A stretch of 64,000 nucleotides of DNA from Aliishimia sp. (GTDB taxonomy: Bacteria > Pseudomonadota > Alphaproteobacteria > Rhodobacterales > Rhodobacteraceae), in contig JBDWAL010000055.1 in the NCBI GenBank assembly GCA_039978895.1, forward strand, positions 274,138 through 338,137, in the 5' to 3' direction. The notes under the pieces are model-generated. The model was not told the origin of the DNA. It did not search any database and saw only the letters and a program-made list of their open reading frames with translations. Positions 49,357 through 60,070 of the stretch are shown here, piece after piece. The position numbers were made by a program, and so were the translations under genes. The first letter of the stretch is position 1. Each line of letters opens with the position of its first letter.

Positions 49357-51555
49357 ATGAGCGCCGTGGACAGAACTGAAATTGTTGAAGCGAACTTCCG
49401 GCGGCGGGTTTTGGCCGAGGATTTGCCAATCGGAAATGCGCCTACACCCGGGCTAAACGCGGATACTGCATTGGATGTTTTTCGCGCGCAAGTTTTGTCG
49501 CGCTGTCTGGATCTGACCTCTCGCGACATGCAAAAACGTGGGCAGGGGTTTTACACAATCGGTTCGTCTGGTCACGAAGGCATGGCAGCTGTCGCGGCGG
49601 CGTTGCGTGTCGATGATATTGCCTTCTTGCACTATCGCGATGCAGCGTTTCAGATCGCGCGCGGTCAAGTTTCTGGGATAACACCGCTGCCGCAAATGAT
49701 GCGGGATATGTTGCTGTCTTTTGCATGTGCTGCGGATGACCCTATCAGTGGCGGGCGGCATAAAGTGTTGGGGGCAAAGGCGCTTTTCATACCGCCGCAA
49801 ACGTCAACGATTGCGTCTCATTTGCCTAAGGCAATGGGGGCCGCCTATGGGGTAGGGTTGGCGCGTAGGGTTGTTCCCGAGCACCGCACGTTACCAGATG
49901 ACGGGATCGCAGTTGTCAGCTTTGGGGATGCTTCGCTGAACCACTCCACTGCGCAAGGCACAATAAATGCGGCCGGGTGGAGTTCTGTTCAAGGCGCACC
50001 GCTACCGCTTTTGATGGTCTGCGAAGACAATGGGATCGGGATTTCAACAAAATCCCCAGAAGGTTGGGTTGAGGCGTCTATGTGCCACCGTCCCGGGGTG
50101 AAATACTTCAAGGCTGACGGATTAGACTTGTACGAGTCCTTTGCTGTGGCACAAGACGCTGCACATTATGTGCGAACCCGACGCAAGCCTGCGTTCCTGC
50201 ATCTTCGTACCGTGCGGCTTTATGGGCACGCAGGACCAGATGTTGTCACCGCGTACCTGTCCAAAACCGAAGTCGAGGCGGATGAAGCAAATGATCCATT
50301 GCTGCAATCTGTACGCTTATTGCGCGATGCTGGGGTCGCAACGAGCAATGATTTGCTAGAGATGTATGAGCAAACGCGAGCGGACGTCATTGCGAGCTTA
50401 CAAGACATCGAGCAACGCCCGCATTTACAAACCGCAGCAGAGGTAATGACTGCGATCATTCCGCCAAACCGCGATTGCGTGCTGCGCAATGGGCCTTCGG
50501 CGACGGACCGGGCTGATGTGTTTGGCGCAGACATGAGCGCAATGAGCAATCCGCAGCCCATGTCGAAGATCATCAACATGGCTATGACCGATCTGATGCT
50601 TGAACACCCCGAATTGGTGCAGATGGGCGAAGATATCGGTCGTAAGGGCGGCAATTACGGGGTGACTCAGAAGTTACTCGGGCGCTTTGGGCCGACACGA
50701 ATGGTTGATACGTTGCTTGATGAGCAATCGATATTGGGTCTCGCGATTGGTATGGCGCATAACGGGTTTCTTGCGATGCCGGAAATCCAGTTCCTTGCCT
50801 ATTTGCACAATGCAGAAGACCAATTGCGTGGGGAGGCGGCGACTTTGCCGTTTTTCAGTCAAGGTCAATGGACGAACCCAATGGTGCTGAGAATTTCTTC
50901 TTTGGGGTATCAAAAGGGGTTCGGGGGGCATTTCCATAACGACAATTCGCTTGCTGTCTTACGAGACATTCCCGGATTGGTGATCGCATGTCCGTCGCGT
51001 GGTGATGACGCCGCGCGTATGTTGCGCGAAGCCGTACGTCTCGCACGTGAGGAGCAACGGGTCGTTGTCTTTGTGGAGCCAATCGCGCTTTATCCGATGC
51101 GCGATTTTGTGGAAACAGGGGATGGCGGCTGGATGTCGCAATACCCGGCGCCGTCTGAACGCATTGAACTTGGCGAGATAGGCGTGCACGGCGACGGCAC
51201 CGATCTGGCAATCGTGACTTATGGCAACGGGAGATATCTGAGTTGTCAGGCGCAAGCAGACCTTGCCGCGGACGGGGTGAACGTGCGGGTGATCGACTTG
51301 CGCTGGCTCGCGCCGCTGCCAGAGGCAGCTGTTTTGGAGGCGGTCGCGGGGTGTGACGCGGTCTTAATTGTTGACGAATGCCGCAAAACGGGCGGACAGG
51401 CAGAGGGACTGATGACCCTCATGGCTGAAAACGGTGTGCGCCGCGTCGCGCGCGAAGTCGCCGTCGATAGCTTTATTGCGACGGGGCCAGCATATGGCGT
51501 TACCATGCCCAGCCGAAAGAGCATCGCGTCGGCTGCACGTGCGCTTTTGGACTAG
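49357..51555 (+). CDS. thiamine-diphosphate-dependent 2-oxoacid dehydrogenase E1 component, fused alpha+beta subunits
   Basis: 732 aa with an N-terminal E1-alpha-like part (GFYTIGSSGHEG; CEDNGIGIS) and a C-terminal E1-beta-like part (MVDTLLDEQSILGLAIGMAHNG). No E2 or E3 gene is nearby. Confidence 0.8.
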   Translation: MSAVDRTEIVEANFRRRVLAEDLPIGNAPTPGLNADTALDVFRAQVLSRCLDLTSRDMQKRGQGFYTIGSSGHEGMAAVAAALRVDDIAFLHYRDAAFQIARGQVSGITPLPQMMRDMLLSFACAADDPISGGRHKVLGAKALFIPPQTSTIASHLPKAMGAAYGVGLARRVVPEHRTLPDDGIAVVSFGDASLNHSTAQGTINAAGWSSVQGAPLPLLMVCEDNGIGISTKSPEGWVEASMCHRPGVKYFKADGLDLYESFAVAQDAAHYVRTRRKPAFLHLRTVRLYGHAGPDVVTAYLSKTEVEADEANDPLLQSVRLLRDAGVATSNDLLEMYEQTRADVIASLQDIEQRPHLQTAAEVMTAIIPPNRDCVLRNGPSATDRADVFGADMSAMSNPQPMSKIINMAMTDLMLEHPELVQMGEDIGRKGGNYGVTQKLLGRFGPTRMVDTLLDEQSILGLAIGMAHNGFLAMPEIQFLAYLHNAEDQLRGEAATLPFFSQGQWTNPMVLRISSLGYQKGFGGHFHNDNSLAVLRDIPGLVIACPSRGDDAARMLREAVRLAREEQRVVVFVEPIALYPMRDFVETGDGGWMSQYPAPSERIELGEIGVHGDGTDLAIVTYGNGRYLSCQAQADLAADGVNVRVIDLRWLAPLPEAAVLEAVAGCDAVLIVDECRKTGGQAEGLMTLMAENGVRRVAREVAVDSFIATGPAYGVTMPSRKSIASAARALLD

Positions 51556-51660
51556 GGTTTCGAAGGCTTCCGTTAGCATTTCCGGTACGGGTGTTCGTGG
51601 CCAGATTGTGGATTATATTAAGCCTTCAAGTCAGAAGCAGATTCTAATTGGCAATGGGTT

Positions 51661-52290
51661 ATGCACATGGAAAACTATGCGGATTTGATGTTCACCAAAG
51701 CGGTGCAGGCCGAACAAGACGCCGACGGCATCCGCGCAACATATGCGCAGATGTATCCGGGACGCACCCAAGCCCATATTGGCCCCGACGAGGCCGCGTT
51801 TCTTACATCGCGTACATCGATCTATATCGCATCCGTTTCTGAAACCGGTTGGCCCTATGTACAGCATCGCGGTGGCCCTGTTGGTTTCATTAAAATGTTG
51901 GATGCAGATACCATTGGTTTCGCGGACTATCGCGGGAACCGTCAGTTCATTTCAAAGGGCAACTTAATCAATGATGATCGAGTATCTGTCTTTGCCATGG
52001 ATTACGCACGAAAGGCGCGACTGAAACTGCAGGGCCGTGCGCGATTGTATGATACATCAGAAGACACGGGCTTGGCCGCGCAGCTGGCCACAGACGGTCA
52101 AGGTCGCGTCGAGCGAATTATGACGATCAAAATCGTTGCAATGGATTGGAACTGCCCACAGTTCATTACCCCGCGTTTTGACCAGGCTGAAATTACCCAG
52201 ATGATCGGACCGGAAATGTCGCGTCTGCAATCGCGGATTGATGAGTTGGAAGCTGAACTAACCCACATGAAAAAGGGCGGCGAGGAATGA
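51661..52290 (+). CDS. pyridoxamine 5'-phosphate oxidase-family (FMN-binding split barrel) protein
   Basis: IASVSETGWPYVQHRGGPVGFIKML...YRGNRQFISKGNL, with a C-terminal coiled-coil tail. ATG 51667 is also possible. Confidence 0.75.
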   Translation: MHMENYADLMFTKAVQAEQDADGIRATYAQMYPGRTQAHIGPDEAAFLTSRTSIYIASVSETGWPYVQHRGGPVGFIKMLDADTIGFADYRGNRQFISKGNLINDDRVSVFAMDYARKARLKLQGRARLYDTSEDTGLAAQLATDGQGRVERIMTIKIVAMDWNCPQFITPRFDQAEITQMIGPEMSRLQSRIDELEAELTHMKKGGEE

Positions 52291-52430
52291 CGTTTCCTTT
52301 GGCAAAGCGCGCTTGCATGGTTGGCATAGGTAACCTCAGATGCTCTGATGCAGTGTTGGCCGCGAAAAGCATCCCGGGCTTGGTTTGCATATTCGTTGAA
52401 AACAGGTGTGACGTGTCGCAGATGACTTGA

Positions 52431-52829
52431 GGTGCAGTCACAACTTTTGTCTGTTGTCCCAATCTTTCCCCCTGTAATGATGACAGAACGGTTCAGTTTT
52501 ACGCGCAGTTTGGCTATCGCCAAGTTGGTCGATACGCGGTCGGTTACTTGATTTTACGCAAGGACGGAGTGGAGGTGCATTTCAATGCAGCGCCCGGCGA
52601 TCGCGGCCCATACCAAAACCGCCAGATGGCCTAAGTGAGGCGGTTAAACGTTGCCGCGCTGACGCAAGAATGGCACATGTTGGATTTGCCGCGTGAAGAT
52701 ATTCCGCGCTGTGTTTTGCCTGAATTGCGTCCTTGGGGCATGATCAAAGCGCACACAGTTGACCCCGATGGCAACCTGCTGGTTTATGGGGCGACAAATG
52801 AAGCCGTACCCAAGGATATTCAGACGTGA
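52431..52829 (+). pseudogene. decayed VOC (glyoxalase/bleomycin-resistance) family gene: in-frame TAA and no start codon
   Basis: Single frame reads ...PNLSPCNDDRTVQFYAQFGY...GYLILRKDGVEVHFNAAPG...QMA*VRRLNVAALTQEW...RPWGMIKAHTVDPDGNLLVYG. The TAA at 52632..52634 sits where a Tyr is typical. No ATG/GTG/TTG lies between the upstream stop (52428) and the conserved N-terminus. Confidence 0.6.
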
Positions 52830-53434
52830 CCGCATCTCCCGACGAAACCAAAATTGTATACGAAACACAGGCCAAGACATTTGACGAACAGCGGTCGCGT
52901 GCTTTGTTTGAAGCCCGTTGGTTGGCACGGTTTAGTGCATGTTTGCCCCACGGTGGTCATGTGTTGGATCTTGGCTGCGGTGCCGGTGAACCTATTGCCC
53001 GCTGGTTCATCGCGGAAGGGTTTTCCGTGACAGGCGTGGACTACTCAGAGCCGATGCTTGAGATTGCTCGATCGCGTTGGCCCAATGGCGATTGGCGGCA
53101 AGGTGACATGCGCGAATTGGATTTGGGCGAAATATTTGATGGGATTGTCTGTTGGAACAGCTTTTTCCACCTGACCCAAGACGAGCAACGTGCGTTCATG
53201 CCTCGGTTGCGGAAACATTTGAAACCGGGTGGTTCTGTGTTGCTCACAGTGGGTCCCAAGGATGGTGAAGCATCGGGCACTGTTGGCGGGGAACAGGTGT
53301 ATCATGCGAGTTTGTCGCCCGCAGAATACGCTACTGTCTTGCAAGAACAGGGATTGCGGCTCACTGGGTTTTTGGCAGAAGATCCTGAAACACAAAAGCA
53401 CTCGGTGCTCATGGCACGGATGGATGAGGACTGA
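52826..53434 (+). CDS. class I SAM-dependent methyltransferase
   Basis: 202 aa with motif I VLDLGCGAGEP. GTG start overlaps the VOC-frame stop (GTGA). Confidence 0.85.
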   Translation: MTASPDETKIVYETQAKTFDEQRSRALFEARWLARFSACLPHGGHVLDLGCGAGEPIARWFIAEGFSVTGVDYSEPMLEIARSRWPNGDWRQGDMRELDLGEIFDGIVCWNSFFHLTQDEQRAFMPRLRKHLKPGGSVLLTVGPKDGEASGTVGGEQVYHASLSPAEYATVLQEQGLRLTGFLAEDPETQKHSVLMARMDED

Positions 53435-54465
53435 TGCAAGTTTTTGACGGACATAACGATGCTTTGCTGCGCCTCGCGCGGTTCGACGGGGATCGGGTCG
53501 TTGCTTTTCGCGATGGCCCGGGTCATGTGACGCTCGCCAATGCGCATATGGGAAATATGATAGGTGGCTTCTTTGCGATGTTTGCGTTGGACGAACAGTT
53601 CGGTTTGGACTTCGCAATTTTCGACACGCCGCCATATGATACGCCGTTGCCCCCTGAAATGTCACGTGATGTGGCTTGGGAAAAAATCCAAACACAAGCT
53701 CAGATTGCACAATCCCTTGAGGCAGACGGCGCGATCCGCTGGGCGCGTACTGCGCATGATTTAACGCCCTTAAGTGACGGTGCGCTGGTCGGTATTTTAC
53801 ACCTTGAAGGCGCCGAATGCATTGGCGCTGACTTGGAAGGCTTGGACGCGCTTTTTGATATGGGCCTACGCAGTATCGGTCCAGTTTGGTCACGCCCTAC
53901 GGTCTTTGCTCATGGTGTGCCTTTTCGCTTCCCAAGCGATGGCGACACCGGCCCCGGCCTGTCAGAGGCGGGGCGCCGTTTGGTGCAAGAAATGAAATCG
54001 CGATCAATGGTCGTGGACACAAGTCACATGACGATGAAGGGCTTTTGGGACGTTGCAGAGCTGGGCGTTCCTTTGGTTGCAACCCACTCAAACGCACATT
54101 CTGTTTGCCCAACTGCGCGCAATCTGACGGATGATCAGTTGAAAGCAATCGGTGAAACAGGCGGAATGGCGGGGTTGAATTTTGGGACCATGTTCCTGAA
54201 CCCGCAAGGAGAGCGTAATCCTATTGGTGCTTTGGATCACATGATCCCGCATTTGGCACATATGATTAAAGTCGCAGGTGAAGACCATGTCGGCCTTGGA
54301 TCAGATTTCGACGGTGCTCCGATGCCTTATGGATTGAAACACGCAGGCGATCTGCCAGTTCTTGTGGGTGCAATGAGGGGCGCAGGGTTTGGTGTCGAAT
54401 TGATTGAAAAGCTGTGCCATGGAAACTGGCAGTCCTTTCTAAGTCGCACGCTTCCAGCGCAGTAA
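53434..54465 (+). CDS. membrane (M19, renal-type) dipeptidase family protein
   Basis: 343 aa with MQVFDGHNDALLRL, HLEGAE, VDTSHM, ATHSNA and GLGSDFDG. ATG overlaps the upstream stop (TGATG). Confidence 0.85.
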   Translation: MQVFDGHNDALLRLARFDGDRVVAFRDGPGHVTLANAHMGNMIGGFFAMFALDEQFGLDFAIFDTPPYDTPLPPEMSRDVAWEKIQTQAQIAQSLEADGAIRWARTAHDLTPLSDGALVGILHLEGAECIGADLEGLDALFDMGLRSIGPVWSRPTVFAHGVPFRFPSDGDTGPGLSEAGRRLVQEMKSRSMVVDTSHMTMKGFWDVAELGVPLVATHSNAHSVCPTARNLTDDQLKAIGETGGMAGLNFGTMFLNPQGERNPIGALDHMIPHLAHMIKVAGEDHVGLGSDFDGAPMPYGLKHAGDLPVLVGAMRGAGFGVELIEKLCHGNWQSFLSRTLPAQ

Positions 54466-54672
54466 GGTGAATATCGAGCCGAGCTTGTGACGAGAGTGAA
54501 GCCACGCCTTTAAAAAAGGGATCCAGGTTATTTCGCGCTTAGAGAGCAGTGTTCAATACTGACTTCGAATATGAGAACGGTAGGCTCGAAATGTCGTGTG
54601 GACGCTGTATTGTTGACGGGTTTTAAACGGGTTTAAGCTAGTTCTAGATGGTGTCGAACGTATGAAAAGGGG

Positions 54673-54717
54673 GCCGTTTTTGCAAAAACGGCAGCAAGCG
54701 ATCCTTGAAAGGATCGC
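54673..54717. other. two adjacent perfect palindromes / stem-loops in an AT-rich 440-nt intergenic region
   Basis: GCCGTTTTTGCAAAAACGGC (54673..54692) and GCGATCCTTGAAAGGATCGC (54698..54717), 5 nt apart, about 190 nt upstream of the cyclase-FHA gene. Confidence 0.4.
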
Positions 54718-54905
54718 ATTGGGACGGAAAATGAATCAATTTTCGCCAAACAATTGCAAAAACACGGATAGTTGCTCACAAAGTGATGATTTTTACGACA
54801 GGGCTATTTCGCGGAAAGCCGCCGAACTGTAGGGTTCGTGCATAAAGTGTTTGACTGATTTATTAGGCTGAGTAATTCGGCCAGAGATGGGGAGGCGCCA
54901 TCCGC

Positions 54906-55802
54906 ATGGGTATGGACCGCGCAATTTTAATGGCCGACGTTTCTGGCAGCACGCCGCTTTATGAGCGGCATGGGGATCAAGTCGCGAGCAAGCTCGTCTT
55001 CGAATGTGTCGAAGGCATGCAAGAAATCGCCAATCGCCGAGGTGGCGAGTTCGTTCGTTCAAAGGGCGATGATGTCCTTTGCTTGTTTGAAGCACCAGAC
55101 CAAGCGCTTATTGCTGCAAAAGAAATTCTGGATCACGGGACTGCCGGCTCTGTTTCGGTGCATGGTGGTTTGCATTGGGGGTCGGTGGTTTGGCGGGGCA
55201 CAGAACTGTTCGGTGGGGCTGTCAATGTAGCCGCCCGTTTGTCCAGTCGTGCAAAAGACAACGAAGTTCTGATGAGCGGTGATTTCACTGATAGAATTTC
55301 TCCTGACAAGACCATCGACTTACGCCCCATGGGGGAAATCACATTGCGCGGAACGGCTGTGCCAACAGAAATTTACGCGTTGATGGCTGCCGATGAAAGT
55401 GGCGCAACGCGATTGATCGCGCAAACGCGAATGTTCGACTTGCACCGTCAAGTGGCGGAAGCGGGAACGTATATACGCCTGACAAGTGGGGCGTGGTCCC
55501 GCGATGTGAGCGAGGGAGAGGAAATCACTGTAGGTAGATCCAGTGATTGCGATCTGGTTCTTGAATTGCCGTGGGTGTCGCGTGTGCATGCAGCTATCAA
55601 TGTTCGGGCCGGATTGGTTGAAATCACAGATCGTTCTGTGGCTGGTTGTACTCTAAACACAGGCGATACAACGGGTTACTTTATCCGGCGCCAAACGATT
55701 TCTTTGACAGGAAACGGGATTATTGAGTTGGGCAGCACTGCGATTGAAGGCGCGCTGCCGCAAATTTCCTTTGCTGTCATGAAAATCAGCGGCATTGGAT
55801 AA
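54906..55802 (+). CDS. class III nucleotidyl cyclase domain fused to a C-terminal FHA domain
   Basis: N-terminal AILMADVSGSTPLYE, KGDDVLCLF and GGAVNVAARL. C-terminal FHA pattern ITVGRSSDCDLVLELPWVSRVHAAI. Confidence 0.8.
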   Translation: MGMDRAILMADVSGSTPLYERHGDQVASKLVFECVEGMQEIANRRGGEFVRSKGDDVLCLFEAPDQALIAAKEILDHGTAGSVSVHGGLHWGSVVWRGTELFGGAVNVAARLSSRAKDNEVLMSGDFTDRISPDKTIDLRPMGEITLRGTAVPTEIYALMAADESGATRLIAQTRMFDLHRQVAEAGTYIRLTSGAWSRDVSEGEEITVGRSSDCDLVLELPWVSRVHAAINVRAGLVEITDRSVAGCTLNTGDTTGYFIRRQTISLTGNGIIELGSTAIEGALPQISFAVMKISGIG

Positions 55803-55829
55803 ACCCGCCTTACTCGGGATAAAATTGAG

Positions 55830-57058
55830 CTAGCCTTTTAAGACTGGTGCACCTCCCGCAAAGGAGTTTCCGTTCACATAGTCGCATGGGGCTTCTTGCA
55901 TCTCCAAGTGTAACCCGTCGTCTGAGTAGGGATGTGCACGTGCGAAACCTTCATCCACATCAATCCCGAGACCGGGGGCTTCGGGGGGCGTGATGAAACC
56001 ATTTTCGACCCGGATCGAACCTTTTATCAGTGTGTCGTGAAACGGCGTCTCGATGGTTTCGCACATCAGCAAATTGGGTATGGATGTCGCCAAATGAATA
56101 TTGGCGGCCCATTCTACGGGCCCTGCATAAAGATGCGGAGCCATCTGAGCGTTATACACCTCGGCCATTGCAGCGACCTTTTTCATTTCCCAAAGACCAC
56201 CTGCGCGACCCAAAGCAGGTTGTAAGATTGCGGCAGCGCCTGCGCGCAAGATGGGCGCGAATTCTGCTTTTGTTGTTAACCTCTCGCCGGTGGCCACAGG
56301 GATGCGCACAGATCGCGCGACTTGTGCCATTTGCTCAACGGCATCCGGGGGAACAGGTTCTTCGAACCATAAGGGTGAATATGGTTCTAAGGCCCGGCCC
56401 AATCTGATTGCGCCAGCGGTTGTGAATTGCCCGTGGGTTCCAAACAAAAGGTCAGCCTTGTCGCCGACGGCCTCGCGGATGGCTTTACAGAAGGCGACAG
56501 ATTGCGAAATATCCGACATTGCCGGCATGTGACCACCGCGCAATGTGTAAGGACCGGCAGGATCAAATTTGACGGCAGTATACCCGCGCGCGACACAATC
56601 AGCTGCGGCCTCAGCAGCCATCTGAGGAGAGGTCCAAAACTCGGTCACATCATGGTCCGGCAGTGGGTAGAGATATGTGTAGGCACGGATACGTTCGTTC
56701 ATTTTTCCGCCCAACAGGGCCCAAACGGGTCGGTCGCGCGCTTTACCAAGTATGTCCCAACACGCAATTTCCAGCCCAGAGAACGCGCCCATGACAGTCA
56801 GGTCAGGGCGTTGCGTGAATCCAGATGAATACACGCGGCGAAACATTTTCTCGATGTTTTCAGGGTTTTCGCCCTGCATATGTCGATCAAAAACATCTTC
56901 GATGACACCCCGCATTGCCGTAGGCCCAACAGTGGATGCATAGCATTCGCCCCACCCAACGATCCCATCATCTGTGGTCAGTTTGACCAAAATCCAATAA
57001 CGCCCGCCCCAACCCGGTGCGGCAGGTGCGGTGACGATGATGTCGAGATCTTTGAGTT

Positions 57059-57062
<4 letters not shown>
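55830..57062 (-). CDS. enolase-superfamily enzyme (galactonate/mannonate dehydratase-like, MR/MLE family)
   Basis: 410 aa; KLKDLDIIVTAPAAPGWGGRYWILVKLTTDDGIVGWGECY. GTG start overlaps the HD-gene stop (GTGA). Confidence 0.8.
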
Positions 57063-58775
<1,713 letters not shown>

Positions 58776-58827
58776 TTACTTTGCCAGAAAACTCCGGAAG
58801 GCGACAACCGGGAGAGGGAGCGCCTTG

Positions 58828-59922
58828 CTAAGTCTGATTGAACATGATGACGTTGCGTTTGGCCGCGCCTGTTTTCGTGTCCGCGATGGCCTCGTTGATT
58901 TGATCAAGGCGCCAGCGTCCAGAAATCAACTCGTCCAATTTCAAACGTCCCTGCTGGTAAAGATCGACCATCCAAGGAATGTCGCGTGCCAAAACAACAT
59001 CGCCCATTTTGGACCCTGTCATCCCCTGTCCGATAGCTGCGAGCACCGAAGGGTCATATTTCGAAACTTCCCCTGCGTGGTTCATACCCACGATGATGAC
59101 GCGCCCGCCGCGGGCAAGATAACGTGGGGCCTGATCGTAAGCCGGAATTGCACCAACGGTGACGATCACCGCATCCGCGCCACGCCCGCCAAGCGCTTTA
59201 TATGAAGCACGCCATGGGGATTTTTCAGTCGCCAAGACGCCATGGGTGGCCCCGAATTCCTTTGCGATCGCAAGCTTTTCTTCTGTCATATCAACAGCAA
59301 CGATACGCCGAGCCCCTGCGATGCGCGCGCCTTGGATCGCATTTAAGCCAACGCCTCCGGCACCGATCACGACGACGTCTTGCCCTGCGCGCAACTTGGC
59401 GGCATTGACGACCGCGCCCACGCCAGTGATTACGCCGCAAGCGACAAGGCAGGCCGCGTCTTTTGGCATGTCGGCTGGGATCACAGCGAGTTGGCTTTGA
59501 TCAACCACGACTTTTTCCGCAAACGCACCAGAGGCCATTGCCTGATGCAATGTGCCACCATCGGCTGTGGTGATCGGGCCTTTGTCGCCATCATAACCCG
59601 TTTCGCAAATTGTAGGGGCACCGCCCGCACAAGAAGCACAGGTGCCACAGGATCGGATCAAGGTCACGATGACACTGTCGCCTTCTTTGATGCGCGTGAC
59701 ACCGCTTCCGACAGATGTGACAATACCGGCGGCTTCATGGCCGTAGACGGCGGGAAGCGTTCCGCCCCACGCGCCATCGGCAAAAGAGATATCGGAATGG
59801 CAGATCGCCACTGCGTCCAGCTTGACTTCGACTTCACCCATTTCAGGGGCACGGATTTGAATGTCTTCGATGGTCAGCGGTTCTTTGAACCCGTGGCAGA
59901 CTGCAGCTTTGATTGTGGGCAT
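58828..59922 (-). CDS. zinc-dependent alcohol dehydrogenase (class III-like MDR)
   Basis: 364 aa from MPTIKAAVCHGF; AICHSD, GHEAAGIV, structural-zinc CGTCASCAGG and GAGGVGLNA. The ORF-track start at 59937 is a TTG. Confidence 0.85.
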   Translation of the reverse strand: MPTIKAAVCHGFKEPLTIEDIQIRAPEMGEVEVKLDAVAICHSDISFADGAWGGTLPAVYGHEAAGIVTSVGSGVTRIKEGDSVIVTLIRSCGTCASCAGGAPTICETGYDGDKGPITTADGGTLHQAMASGAFAEKVVVDQSQLAVIPADMPKDAACLVACGVITGVGAVVNAAKLRAGQDVVVIGAGGVGLNAIQGARIAGARRIVAVDMTEEKLAIAKEFGATHGVLATEKSPWRASYKALGGRGADAVIVTVGAIPAYDQAPRYLARGGRVIIVGMNHAGEVSKYDPSVLAAIGQGMTGSKMGDVVLARDIPWMVDLYQQGRLKLDELISGRWRLDQINEAIADTKTGAAKRNVIMFNQT

Positions 59923-59992
59923 ATGAGGTGCTTTCAAATGTCTCGTGTTAAAACAAAGCTGCGCGTAAAGTCGCCGCGCGGCAAGTCTGAAT

Positions 59993-60009
59993 CCGACGTT
60001 TGACGTCGG
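59993..60009. promoter_or_regulatory. short palindrome in the MFS/ADH intergenic region (operator or terminator stem)
   Basis: CCGACGT-ttg-ACGTCGG, located 62 nt past the MFS stop and about 70 nt upstream of the ADH ATG. No U-run follows on the minus strand. Confidence 0.25.
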
Positions 60010-60070
60010 GTCTGTCTTACCGTCACCTCAGAACAATCATTTGAACCAATGAATTGCAGCCTTTCAGCCA

